The translations under genes were made by a program, and so were the position numbers. The notes under the pieces are model-generated. The model did not search any database and was not told the DNA's origin. It saw only the letters and a list, made by a program, of their open reading frames with translations. Positions 9,655-18,737 of a stretch of 64,000 nt of DNA are shown in pieces. The first letter of the stretch is position 1. Each line of letters opens with the position of its first letter. This stretch comes from an uncultured bacterium. Its GTDB lineage: Bacteria; Actinomycetota; Acidimicrobiia; Spongiisociales; UBA5794. The DNA is taken from the NCBI GenBank assembly GCA_963777645.1, contig CAVZRA010000013.1:86514-150513 (forward strand). Direction: 5' to 3'.

Positions 9655-9670
9655 GGGGACGAGTCTGATC

Positions 9671-10462
9671 ATGGAAGCACTGGCACAGGGACGGATATCG
9701 CTTGCAGTTGGTATTGCGCGGGCGCTCACCCGCGTGCTCTCCTGGGGAATGGAACCACAAAGGCGGGCCCGATTCGTGTCGGAGTGCTACACCGACTGGG
9801 AGTTGATGTCCCGAGATTTTGGGCCACACCGTGTACTGGGGCGTGCCATGCGTGGGATACCGACTGCATTGCTCGGACGTATGGACGATCACGACCTGAC
9901 TGCGGTCCCGACCTCGCTCGTGCTGGTGCTCATCTCCGTAGCCACCGGCGGTATGGGCCTGATGGATCACACCTATCCGGCGGATGTGAGGAGGTGGATC
10001 GTGCTCAGTGCCTTGAGCCTTACCGTCGGAAGCATCATATTCATGCGCACCCCGCGGTGCATCGATGTCCGCAGGTTGCGCTGGCCTGTGCTCGCTCTCG
10101 CCGTCGGGGTTCTCGGGATAGCCGCCAACATGCCAACGGCGACCGATTGGCCATACGACTACCCCTACATGAATCCCAGGCTCAGTGACGGCCTTACTGT
10201 CGGCGGTTTCGTTGCCGTCGCCCTCGGATGTCTCGTCTTCGCATTGGCGTCTACAACAGTTGCGGGGCGGCGCAAAATGGTGCTGGGCGGCGGAGCCATT
10301 GCGGTGACCGGCATCGTCGTGTTCGGCACCGGACAGATCGTTTGGGGGGTCGTGGCTGCCCCAGTCGACCTGACCATCACGATCACCGCGATCGGCGCCG
10401 GGCTCGGATCATATGCCCTCGCCCACGTACTCCCCCGGCTGCGTCACCTCGAGATGCGGTGA
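9671..10462 (+). CDS. Multi-pass membrane protein of unknown function (PadR-associated)
   Basis: ATG 9671 follows the padR stop. There are several hydrophobic helices. The longer tracked form (from 9380) overlaps padR out of frame and is rejected. Confidence 0.55.
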   Translation: MEALAQGRISLAVGIARALTRVLSWGMEPQRRARFVSECYTDWELMSRDFGPHRVLGRAMRGIPTALLGRMDDHDLTAVPTSLVLVLISVATGGMGLMDHTYPADVRRWIVLSALSLTVGSIIFMRTPRCIDVRRLRWPVLALAVGVLGIAANMPTATDWPYDYPYMNPRLSDGLTVGGFVAVALGCLVFALASTTVAGRRKMVLGGGAIAVTGIVVFGTGQIVWGVVAAPVDLTITITAIGAGLGSYALAHVLPRLRHLEMR

Positions 10463-10473
10463 CGATGTCGTCA

Positions 10474-10491
10474 GCCTCCGGACCAGGAGGC
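10474..10491. terminator. GC hairpin between convergent genes
   Basis: GCCTCC-GGACCA-GGAGGC, a 6-bp stem with a 6-nt loop. It lies in the 66-bp gap between convergent stops and has no clear T-tract. Confidence 0.3.
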
Positions 10492-10528
10492 AACCAACGC
10501 CGGTGGGTGATTGTTTCGTTGGACCGCG

Positions 10529-11257
10529 TCACGGCTGCTCGACGAGCGTGTCCCAGCACTCCGGGGTCGTGAACACGCCGAGCATCTCAGGTGACGTAGG
10601 TACCTGAAGCTCCAGGGTCATCTGCGAATAGGTGACGGTACCGGTCACGGCATCGCTCGCCGCGTCATAGTGCGCAGCCACAGTGCCCGGCTCGTCGAGC
10701 TTTACGGGTGTCGTCCCCGCGGTCGACGTCACCGACGCCGACACCGGCACCTCGCCCGCGATCGTCTGGGTCGCCGGATCGTAGCGCAGAACCGAGCCAC
10801 CCGCCGAGGTGGGCTCCCTGCGGCTATCGCGCACAAAGCCATACGTCTCGATGTCCCCGTTGTCCCTCGTGAGGAAAGCGCTGCCGTACAGGTACATCGG
10901 CCCGCCATCGACAGGAAACTGGATCTGTACGACGTTCCACGCATAGAGAGTGTTGTCGACGATCTCTCCCCCGTTTGGCACCTGGTGATCGGTGAAGTTG
11001 GAGAACCAGCCTTCACCGGCGACGTAGTCGGCTGGCACTTGCTCGCAGCTCGCAGCCGTCGTAGCCGTCGCCGTGGTCTGCGATCCACCCGTTGTGCCCG
11101 GGGCGGTCTGGGTCGTCCCGGCCGCTTCTGTCGAGGTCGTCGTGTCGCCGGCAGCGAGCGTCGTCTCGGCGACGGTGTCCCCACCACTTGCCGCTATCAA
11201 GGCGATGACCACAGCCGCGAGGACGACACCAATCCCCACCAAGATCCACCGTTGCAT
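10529..11257 (-). CDS. Membrane-anchored/secreted Thr-rich protein of unknown function
   Basis: N-terminal TM 'WILVGIGVVLAAVVIALIAA', a Thr/Ala-rich linker, then a roughly 170-aa domain with two Cys. No family recognised. Confidence 0.5.
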   Translation of the reverse strand: MQRWILVGIGVVLAAVVIALIAASGGDTVAETTLAAGDTTTSTEAAGTTQTAPGTTGGSQTTATATTAASCEQVPADYVAGEGWFSNFTDHQVPNGGEIVDNTLYAWNVVQIQFPVDGGPMYLYGSAFLTRDNGDIETYGFVRDSRREPTSAGGSVLRYDPATQTIAGEVPVSASVTSTAGTTPVKLDEPGTVAAHYDAASDAVTGTVTYSQMTLELQVPTSPEMLGVFTTPECWDTLVEQP

Positions 11258-11327
11258 GACGATCTCCTCCCTCTCCGGTGATTCCTCGGGTCGCGAATCT
11301 TACCGGAGAGGGTGCGGATGTGGCTGG

Positions 11328-14300
11328 CTATTCCTGGTAGCCCGGGTGACCGACCTTGGTGCCTTCACCACCCGCCATCGGCAGGTGAGGCATCGATCCC
11401 TCGAGGCCCCGCCACAGCGCATACATCTGGGCCGCAGGCTCGAGTGTGAGTATCTGCCCGGCAACGGCTCCCGTCCCCGGCTGCGCCGAGACAAGCGCAA
11501 GCGTTTCGTTCTCGAGGGTGGCCTGGAGCGACGGTGCCGAGTATTCGACCTTGCCGTTGATCGCCAGACGATGGGTCTCACCGTCGAAACGGCCTTCGAT
11601 GACGGAGGTGTCGCCATCGTTTGTGATCCAGAAGGCGTTGTCCTTCTCCGCCTCGAAGTCGGGACGATGCAGGTACAGCCTCGGCTTGTCGCGATACGGG
11701 TCGCCCGAAGTGGGGCATGCGGTGACACAGTTGCCGCACTCGTTGCAGAAGTCGGTGAGCACCGCAATCTGGAGCGACTGGTCCACACGGAACGGCCCCA
11801 TTTCCCCCACTGTCACCCCGCCGTCGCCAACCGCCAGTGCCGGTAGCTGTGCACGGAACGGCGACATCTGATATGTCATCAACGCCATGTTCGGGCACAC
11901 CCCGACACATAGGCTACAAATCGTGTCGCAGTCGAGACAGCGTGATGCCTCTGCCTGCGCTTCGGCATCGGTGAAGGTATGCAACGTCTCGTCGAAATTG
12001 TCTCTCACGTCGAGCGGTGTGTGCCGCACCGGAACCCTGTACTCACGATGCGCCCTGCGGGTCACCATGTCCGAGAGGCTCAGCTCGAGCGGCTTCCAGG
12101 TGGCGGGCATCGGCACCGGAATGCCCGAGGCAGCCTCGATGATGGCTGCGGCAACGGCCTTGCCGTCTGCGGCCGCCTTGACGATCGATGCGGGACCGGC
12201 GGCAGCCACGTCGCCACCGGCGTATACGCCGGGGATGGTCGTCTGGTGGGTCTTCGGGTCGACGACGATGTAACCACGCGAGGTCAGTTCCGGCTCGTCG
12301 TCGCCAAAGAAGTCGAGCAGCGAGTACTGGCTGATCGCCAGAATCAGCGTGTCCAGCTCGATTTCGAACTCCGAGTCCGGCACGTCGAACGGGATCTTCC
12401 TGCCGGAAGCATCACGGTCCCCCCGGTACTCGGTCTTGGTGCAGACGAGGCCCTTGAGCTTGCCGTCTTCAACGTGGATCGAACGCGGGTTGGCAAGCTC
12501 GACGAACTTGACACCCTCGGCAAGCGACTCGTGGATCTCCTCGCGGTCGGCAGGCATCTGGTCGATGCTCCGCCGGTAGATGAGAGAGGTCTCTGTTGCC
12601 CCGACCCGCCATGATGAGCGAACACAGTCCATGGCGGTGTCGCCGGCACCGACAACACCGACGCGCGGACCGACGGGCATAGGATGCCCCTCGCGAACGC
12701 TGCGCAGGAACGCCAGAGCATCGATGACACCTTCGGCGTCCTCGCCCTCAAAGCCGAGATGCTTGGGGAGCTGAGCGCCAACCGCGACGAAGGTGTAGTT
12801 GTAGCCCTGGTCGCGAAGATCGGTCAGCGTGAAGTCACGGCCTGCCTTCATGTTGTACTTGATCTCGACCCCGAGGTCATCGAGCGCCTGCAGGTCCTGG
12901 TCGATCTTCGACTGCGGGATCCGATACTCCGGGATGGCGCCACCGACCATGCCACCCGCATAGGGGTAGGCCTCGAAGATGGTGACGGACAGCCCGGCTT
13001 CCCCCAACTCACGACCGGCCGCAATGCCGGCAGGGCCGGCGCCGATGATCGCCACCTTGCCGGGCATCCCCGACGCTTTCGTGACACCGCTCGAGGTCTC
13101 GTGCTCCATGATGAAGCGCTTCATCTCACGGATTGCAAGCGGCTCGTCGAGGTGGGTTCGAATACAGGTGGTTTCGCAGAGGTGGTCGCAGACCCGGCCG
13201 AGAATGGACCCGAGCGGGTTATCGGCACGCACGATCGACACGGCCTTGTCGAAATCGCCCTCACGGACTGCACGCATGTATGCGGGAACATCCTGATCGA
13301 TCGGGCATTCATCGACACAGGGTGCCTGGATACAGTCGAATAGGTGCAGCTCGCGTTCGGTCTTGGAGCGATCGGTACGGAACGAGCCCTTCAGATAGCG
13401 CCAGTCAGTGCGCACGAAGCTCGCATACTGGCGGAGGTTGACCCGCTTCAGAGCGTTGAGAGTCAGCCTGACCAGATCTGCGGCTCGCTCTTCGTCGAAG
13501 CCATGGTCCCGAGCCCACGTCTCGATTGCGGCCAGCGGCGATTGCCCGTCGCTCACCGAGCGCAGCGCCTCACCCAGGGAGACTACCTGGTCTGTGGTCA
13601 GGTTCAGCCCGCTCTCGGTGAGGGCGCCGTAGGTGAGGATGCCTGCGAAGTCGGCCATGTTCTCCTGCTGCAGCGCCGTGTTTGCAATGAACTCGGCGAG
13701 ATTTGCGGCACCGGCCTTGTCGAGAGCGTTGTTCAACTCTTCGATGTACTGCGGAAGACGCAGGTAGCCGCCGGTCTTGAGCAGATCGGAGCAGACCGTG
13801 ATCGTCTTCATCCCCGCTCGCAACAGATCGGAGACATTGAACGCGTCGGCGCCACCCGCATAGGACAACAGCAGATCACCTTTGAACTCCTCGGAGATCC
13901 GCAGCGCCAGGTTGCTGGTGACGGCATGCAGCGCCCGACCCGACAGGTACATCATCTCGTCGGACTCGAACACGGTGCGGTGATTCTCCACCTCGAGCGT
14001 GTTGGTCAGCTTGAGCCCGAAAGTGAGCCCGTTGGTCCTGGCGACCCGCCGCAGATTATGGAACATCGGGACCGCATCGACGTACTTGAGGTCGTGGCCA
14101 AATGCCTCGTCGGGAACGGGGATGTCGGTAAAGCCGAGGTCGTCGTTGATGATGCCACGCACCCGGTCGGCACCGAGCAGGGTCGGGTTGCACTTCACCG
14201 ACGTGTGGATCTTCCGCTCATTCAACAGGTAGAGGACTATCTGCTCGATCTCGTCCGGTGGGCATCCGTGCATCGTCGAAAGGGTGATGGTGTCGGACAC

Positions 14301-14906
14301 GGTGTCGGGGATGGCGATGTCCCGGATCTCCGGGTACCTGCGGGCAACGATGTCGACGTACTGCTGCTTGTATGCCGAAGCATCGGCCATGGCGTCGAAG
14401 TACCACTGCACGTTCGGCTTCTTGATGCCCTCGAGGTTGTAGCCGACAGACATGTTGAAGATCATCCCGGGAAAGTCACCCGGGAAGCCCAGCTTCTTGT
14501 GCAGCGCATGAATCAGCACCCAGGCGCGCAGATACTCGTCGAATGATTCGAAAATCTTGAGCTCCTGCGACCACTCGACGTTGTATCCCTCGTCTTCCAG
14601 ATCGATGCACGGCTTGTTGACGTCGAGCTCATCCAGGGTCTGGACGGTCTTCAGCTCGAGGAACCGGGCGCCGACGAGCCAGGACACAATGATGTTCTGC
14701 GCCATCTGGGTGTGCGGGCCTGCGGCGACACCAAACGGTGTCTCCAGGAGCTTGCCGTACTTCTCAAAACGGAAACGATCGTCTACCGACGGTACGAAGA
14801 ACGAAGACCGGGGAATACCAAAGATCGAGTCCTTTTCCTCGAGCTCGGTGAACACCCAGTCTGTGAGCTGTTCCATCGTGATGGGATGGAAGCGGTCCGA
14901 CATCAT
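11328..14906 (-). CDS. ygfK: YgfK-like Fe-S/flavin oxidoreductase (DHOD-like barrel + GltD-like FAD/NAD(P) domains + 2x[4Fe-4S])
   Basis: ATG 14906 has a GGAG RBS and lies 7 nt after the ssnA stop. The N-terminus 'FGVAAGPHTQMAQNIIVSWLVGARFLELKTVQ' is collinear with E. coli YgfK as I recall it. Dinucleotide folds are 'VAIIGAGPAGIAAG' and 'VGVVGAGDTAMDC'. Ferredoxin motifs are 'CLDCDTICSLCVGVCP' and 'CNECGNCVTACP'. Confidence 0.85.
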   Translation of the reverse strand: MMSDRFHPITMEQLTDWVFTELEEKDSIFGIPRSSFFVPSVDDRFRFEKYGKLLETPFGVAAGPHTQMAQNIIVSWLVGARFLELKTVQTLDELDVNKPCIDLEDEGYNVEWSQELKIFESFDEYLRAWVLIHALHKKLGFPGDFPGMIFNMSVGYNLEGIKKPNVQWYFDAMADASAYKQQYVDIVARRYPEIRDIAIPDTVSDTITLSTMHGCPPDEIEQIVLYLLNERKIHTSVKCNPTLLGADRVRGIINDDLGFTDIPVPDEAFGHDLKYVDAVPMFHNLRRVARTNGLTFGLKLTNTLEVENHRTVFESDEMMYLSGRALHAVTSNLALRISEEFKGDLLLSYAGGADAFNVSDLLRAGMKTITVCSDLLKTGGYLRLPQYIEELNNALDKAGAANLAEFIANTALQQENMADFAGILTYGALTESGLNLTTDQVVSLGEALRSVSDGQSPLAAIETWARDHGFDEERAADLVRLTLNALKRVNLRQYASFVRTDWRYLKGSFRTDRSKTERELHLFDCIQAPCVDECPIDQDVPAYMRAVREGDFDKAVSIVRADNPLGSILGRVCDHLCETTCIRTHLDEPLAIREMKRFIMEHETSSGVTKASGMPGKVAIIGAGPAGIAAGRELGEAGLSVTIFEAYPYAGGMVGGAIPEYRIPQSKIDQDLQALDDLGVEIKYNMKAGRDFTLTDLRDQGYNYTFVAVGAQLPKHLGFEGEDAEGVIDALAFLRSVREGHPMPVGPRVGVVGAGDTAMDCVRSSWRVGATETSLIYRRSIDQMPADREEIHESLAEGVKFVELANPRSIHVEDGKLKGLVCTKTEYRGDRDASGRKIPFDVPDSEFEIELDTLILAISQYSLLDFFGDDEPELTSRGYIVVDPKTHQTTIPGVYAGGDVAAAGPASIVKAAADGKAVAAAIIEAASGIPVPMPATWKPLELSLSDMVTRRAHREYRVPVRHTPLDVRDNFDETLHTFTDAEAQAEASRCLDCDTICSLCVGVCPNMALMTYQMSPFRAQLPALAVGDGGVTVGEMGPFRVDQSLQIAVLTDFCNECGNCVTACPTSGDPYRDKPRLYLHRPDFEAEKDNAFWITNDGDTSVIEGRFDGETHRLAINGKVEYSAPSLQATLENETLALVSAQPGTGAVAGQILTLEPAAQMYALWRGLEGSMPHLPMAGGEGTKVGHPGYQE

Positions 14907-14913
14907 CACCCTC

Positions 14914-15936
14914 CTAGAGCTTGGCGTGCAGTCTCTCGGCTTGTTCTCTTGCCTTGGCGCGGACCTCGTCCGCATCTACGCGAGTTGGCTTTCCATCCTT
15001 GAAGACGACTTCGCCGTCGACCTTGACCTCGACGGGGTGGACCCCGGGAGTAAACGCCAGGTGCCACGGATCCATCGGGTCGTACGACCAGGTGACCTCG
15101 TCATTGCGAGCTTCGGGCACGATGTTCCAGCCCTCTTCGAGCCATGACCACGCCGGGTCGGGCCCGACGGTGACGTCAACGGAACGCTGCATCACGTAGG
15201 CGAGACGGAACGACTCGATCATGTTGGCGCCGATCCCGTCGGTCCCCAAAGCAACCGGATTGCTGAACCGGGCGGGGTCTGCGTAGCCAACACCATTGTT
15301 GAGGTTCGATCGTGGATTGTGCAGGATCGTCCCCTTCAGGTTGTGATCGGTCGGTAAGTGAACACAGTGGCTGAGCAGCCAATTATCCTCGGTGAGCCCT
15401 TCGAGACGTTGCGGAGCATCGACATCGCCGATTCCCTCGCAAACATGGATGTGGACTCCGACACCCAGATCTCTGGCAAGACCGGCAGCGGCCTCGAGCG
15501 ATTCGTCGGTGCAGGTGAACGCTGCATGGACCCCGACCAGAGCCTTGTTGCCTTCTTTGACGAAGCGCTCATTCTCCGCCAGCCCCCGCCTGGCTCCATC
15601 TGCACCGTGCCTGTCGGTGATCCCGTATGCGGTGAGAACACGTACCCCGACCTCTTCGCACGCCTCCTTGATGACCGACAGCGAGCCCTCGATGGCGCTC
15701 GGCGTCTCGTTGTGGTCGACGATGGCGGTGGTCCCCGCTTCGAGTGCCTCCAGTGCCCCGAGCCGGGCCGAAGCACGCAGCATGTCGAGGTCGAGCGCCA
15801 CATCGAGTCGCCACCAAACCTGCTCCAGGATTTCCTGGAAGTTGGTTGCCACCTTCGGGGGCGCAGGCATGCCCCGCGCCAGTTCCGAGTAGAGATGGTG
15901 ATGGGCACATACGAGACCGGGAGTTGTTGCCGTCAT
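14914..15936 (-). CDS. ssnA: SsnA-like amidohydrolase (N-terminally short form)
   Basis: 'GLVCAHHHLYS...WWRLDVALD...AIVDHNETP...HIHVCEG' is collinear with E. coli SsnA from about residue 55 onward. The ORF starts right at the HxH metal motif. Confidence 0.8.
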   Translation of the reverse strand: MTATTPGLVCAHHHLYSELARGMPAPPKVATNFQEILEQVWWRLDVALDLDMLRASARLGALEALEAGTTAIVDHNETPSAIEGSLSVIKEACEEVGVRVLTAYGITDRHGADGARRGLAENERFVKEGNKALVGVHAAFTCTDESLEAAAGLARDLGVGVHIHVCEGIGDVDAPQRLEGLTEDNWLLSHCVHLPTDHNLKGTILHNPRSNLNNGVGYADPARFSNPVALGTDGIGANMIESFRLAYVMQRSVDVTVGPDPAWSWLEEGWNIVPEARNDEVTWSYDPMDPWHLAFTPGVHPVEVKVDGEVVFKDGKPTRVDADEVRAKAREQAERLHAKL

Positions 15937-15956
15937 GCGATCCTTCCCTTCAGACT

Positions 15957-18539
15957 TCAGATTTTCGACTGGATATCAACAGGCTCGTGGACACCCATCG
16001 GTACCTGTGTTCGCCACTTCCCGTCTACTTCGTGAAGCGCGGCTGCGACCGCACCCGCGGTCGGTACCAAGCCTATCTCACCGACGCCCTTGATTCCGTA
16101 AGGGGATCTCGGTTGCGGAACCTCGACGATAATCGACTCGACATCGGGCATGTCCTTGGCCCGAAGAATGCCCAAGCTGCGCAACGTCTTCTTGATAGGC
16201 CGCGCGTCGTCATCAGTGGGAAACTCCTCAGTCAGGGCATATCCCAAACCCATGTGCACGGCACCTTCGATCTGACCCTGCACCAGGGTGGGATTGACAG
16301 CTTTGCCAACGTCGTGCGCGGCAAGGACCTTCTCTATCTTGCCGGTTTTCGGGTCAGCGATGACCATCTGCGCAGCATATCCGAATGCGGAATGGACAAT
16401 CGGATTCTCGACACCGTCCTCGAGCGCATTGGTCCAATCTACGCGGTATTCGCCCTGGTAGTCGATGCCCGGCTGCTGACCGTTCTCATTGGCCACCCGG
16501 CAAGCGTCTTTTACGCCTCCCGCCGCCATCAGAGTGCCCCTTGACCCGGTCGTCTGCCCGGCTCCGAGTTCGCGGTTCGTGTCAGAGGTGATCCTGATCC
16601 GAGCCGGGTCTACCCCTAGCTCCTCTGCGGCCACCTGGATCGCCACTGTATGCACACCCTGCCCCATCTCAGTCCAGCAGTGTTGTACTTCTACGGTACC
16701 GTCCTCTTCGAACCGAACAACAGCTCGGGAGATCTCCACGAAGCCGTTGCCGAGCCCTGAATTCTTGATCCCTAGCCCGATCCCGACGGCCTTCCCACTG
16801 GCCTTCGCGGCTTCGTAGGCAGGCTTGAGAGCTTCGAGGCACTCGGTGGCTCCTCGACAGCCATCGTCCATGATCTGACCGGGTCCCCAGACGACGCCCG
16901 GCGTGACTACATTGCGAAACCGCATCTCCCAGCCGCTGATCCCGACAGCATGTGCGAGTCGATCGATTGTCCCCTCCATCGCAAACTGTGCCTGGTTTGC
17001 ACCAAATCCTCTGAAGGCACCCCCGACCGGGTTGTTGGTCCGCACAGCCACAGCCTCTACGTCGACATTGTCGACCACGTACGGTCCGCACATGTGCCCG
17101 GCGGCACGTTCCAGCACCTTCATCCCGACCGAGGCATACGGCCCAGAGTCACCGATCATCCGGGACCGTAGCGCCGTCAGCTTGCCCAGTTCGTCGCATC
17201 CGGCCCACACCTCGATCTCAATAGGGTGTCGCTTGTCGTGAACCCTGAAGGATTCTTCACGAGATAGCGTGCATTTGACCGGTCGCTGGAGCAGGTATGC
17301 CGCAAGTGCAGTCTGACCCTGATTTGACATGTCTTCTTTGCCACCGAAAGCGCCCCCATTCGATACCAATTCGACTACGACTTGCAGTGGCTCAATCCCG
17401 AGTAGAGAAGCAATCTGATCACGATCGTCCCATATCCCTTGCCCGCCGGAGTAGACATGAAGTCGTCCCGTCTTGTCTGGCATGGCGAGGGTGGATTCCG
17501 GCTCGAGAAACGCATGTTCCACTCGCTGCGTTTTGAAGACCTCGTGGAGGGTGTGTGTCGAAAAAGCCAGCGCCGCATCAACATCGCCACGCTGGTACTT
17601 CGACGTTGAGAGCACATTGCCGTCCAGGCCCCAAACCGCATCCTCATCGGACGCCAGCGCGGTCCTGACATCGGCAAACGGCACGAGCACGTTGTACTCG
17701 ACGTCGATGAGCTCGGTGGCGGCCCTAGCCTGACGACGCGTCTCCGCCACAACGATTGCCAGGACATCTCCGTAGTATGACGTCCTCCCGCCCTCGGGAA
17801 TGAACACGGGCCAGTCTTTGTGGATCATCCCCACGCGGAGCTTTCCCGGGACGTCCGCGGCAGTGAACACTGCTACAACACCATCGGCAGCTTCGGCACG
17901 GCCGGTATCGATTCGTAGCACATCGGCGCGAGCGTGTTCGGTGAGTCTCAAGGCACCGTGCAGGAGGCCAGCAGGCCGGAGATCGTCGACATAGCCGCGA
18001 TCACCCAGGGCGAGGTCCATGGCTTCGTATTTGACGCCGTTCTTGCCAACCGCGCCCGGCAAACTCAGCGGCGCTACTGATCCGGAGGCCAACATCTCAA
18101 CAGCATCCAAGATCTTGGTATACCCGGTGCACCGACAGAGGTGAGCCCCCAAACGACCGGCCGCAATCTCCGACGTTACGCCTGCTGGGCCCTTCTGGTC
18201 GAATAGTGCCTTTGTTCGCACCATGATGCCGGGTGTACAGAATCCACACTGGAGGGCGCCGGTGACCGCAAAGGCTGACGCCAACCGGTCCCGCTCGGCA
18301 GGATCAAATCCTTCAAGAGTGGTCACCTCAGCGTCAGCAGCCTTTTCCATGCTGACAAGACAGCTCTGGATGGCTTTACCATTGAGCAGGACCGTGCATG
18401 CCCCACATTGGCCAGAGGGCGAGCAACCGTCCTTGGGTGAAGTCACGTCGAGCTCGTCGCGCAATGCCGAAAGCAGGTGGGGGTGGTCCGCGGCGACAGC
18501 AACCGACGCACCGTTTACGGTCATGCTCACTTTTGGCAT
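15957..18539 (-). CDS. Fused [2Fe-2S]x2 / molybdopterin-binding hydroxylase (XdhD / selenium-dependent XDH / Mop-like), no FAD domain
   Basis: 'CSPSGQCGACTV' and 'CGFCTPG...CRCTGY' are followed by an MoCo domain ('GGAFGGKED', 'FRGFGANQ', 'PYGIKGVGE'). ATG 18539 lies 6 nt after GGGAGG. Confidence 0.85.
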   Translation of the reverse strand: MPKVSMTVNGASVAVAADHPHLLSALRDELDVTSPKDGCSPSGQCGACTVLLNGKAIQSCLVSMEKAADAEVTTLEGFDPAERDRLASAFAVTGALQCGFCTPGIMVRTKALFDQKGPAGVTSEIAAGRLGAHLCRCTGYTKILDAVEMLASGSVAPLSLPGAVGKNGVKYEAMDLALGDRGYVDDLRPAGLLHGALRLTEHARADVLRIDTGRAEAADGVVAVFTAADVPGKLRVGMIHKDWPVFIPEGGRTSYYGDVLAIVVAETRRQARAATELIDVEYNVLVPFADVRTALASDEDAVWGLDGNVLSTSKYQRGDVDAALAFSTHTLHEVFKTQRVEHAFLEPESTLAMPDKTGRLHVYSGGQGIWDDRDQIASLLGIEPLQVVVELVSNGGAFGGKEDMSNQGQTALAAYLLQRPVKCTLSREESFRVHDKRHPIEIEVWAGCDELGKLTALRSRMIGDSGPYASVGMKVLERAAGHMCGPYVVDNVDVEAVAVRTNNPVGGAFRGFGANQAQFAMEGTIDRLAHAVGISGWEMRFRNVVTPGVVWGPGQIMDDGCRGATECLEALKPAYEAAKASGKAVGIGLGIKNSGLGNGFVEISRAVVRFEEDGTVEVQHCWTEMGQGVHTVAIQVAAEELGVDPARIRITSDTNRELGAGQTTGSRGTLMAAGGVKDACRVANENGQQPGIDYQGEYRVDWTNALEDGVENPIVHSAFGYAAQMVIADPKTGKIEKVLAAHDVGKAVNPTLVQGQIEGAVHMGLGYALTEEFPTDDDARPIKKTLRSLGILRAKDMPDVESIIVEVPQPRSPYGIKGVGEIGLVPTAGAVAAALHEVDGKWRTQVPMGVHEPVDIQSKI

Positions 18540-18560
18540 TGATACCTCCCAGCCAAAGAA

Positions 18561-18577
18561 TATTGATCTGCTCAATG
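18561..18577. promoter_or_regulatory. Operator-like palindrome site A: TATTGA-TCTGC-TCAATG
   Basis: 11 of 12 matches to TATTGA-N5-TCAATA. It lies 22 nt upstream of the xdhD-like start. Confidence 0.5.
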
Positions 18578-18683
18578 ATGTCGGCCTGTTTACAAAATGT
18601 CAAGTTCAACCGCCGTCAACCCCGAGGGCTACCAGGATCTCCCTGGCGCCTGGCTTGCAGTTCGCACAAGGCCATGCCACAAT

Positions 18684-18700
18684 TATTGATCATATCAATA
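18684..18700. promoter_or_regulatory. Operator-like palindrome site B: TATTGA-TCATA-TCAATA (perfect)
   Basis: Perfect 6-5-6 inverted repeat 38 nt upstream of the folD ATG. Confidence 0.55.
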
Positions 18701-18737
18701 CAGCAGTGATGTGGACCACGACGAAAGGGAGCCAAGA

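Noticed and set aside
9380-9670. Long N-terminal extensions offered by the ORF track: 9380 for the membrane protein, 2662 for yqeC, 20524 for the 124-aa protein, 36563 for the MetH-activation-like protein, 37867 for metF, 47097 for the hydrolase and 53219 for the XRE regulator.
   Set aside because: The extensions overlap the preceding gene out of frame, are Arg/Pro-rich, and are followed by in-frame starts with RBS or start/stop coupling.
13344-14546. Other long shadow ORFs opposite real genes, for example 13344-14546 (+), 4916-5857 (+), 6547-7299 (-), 36803-37720 (-), 38170-38919 (-), 54811-55656 (+) and 43104-43868 (-).
   Set aside because: Each overlaps a gene with strong family-level motifs on the other strand and has an Arg/Gly/Asp-rich, motif-free translation.
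18630-18665. Possible ZTP (pfl) riboswitch upstream of folD, because of 'CCCTGGCGCCTGGC'.
   Set aside because: The two conserved elements I remember (ACTGGCG... and ...CCGCCTGGGC) would have to overlap here. The intervening helices are absent, and the region is better explained by the operator palindromes.
18684-18700. Reading the TATTGA-N5-TCAATA palindrome as an FNR/CRP-type box.
   Set aside because: FNR/CRP boxes are TTGAT-N4-ATCAA or TGTGA-N6-TCACA, with TTGA and TCAA separated by 6 nt. Here the spacing is consistently 5 nt, so the half-site phasing differs.
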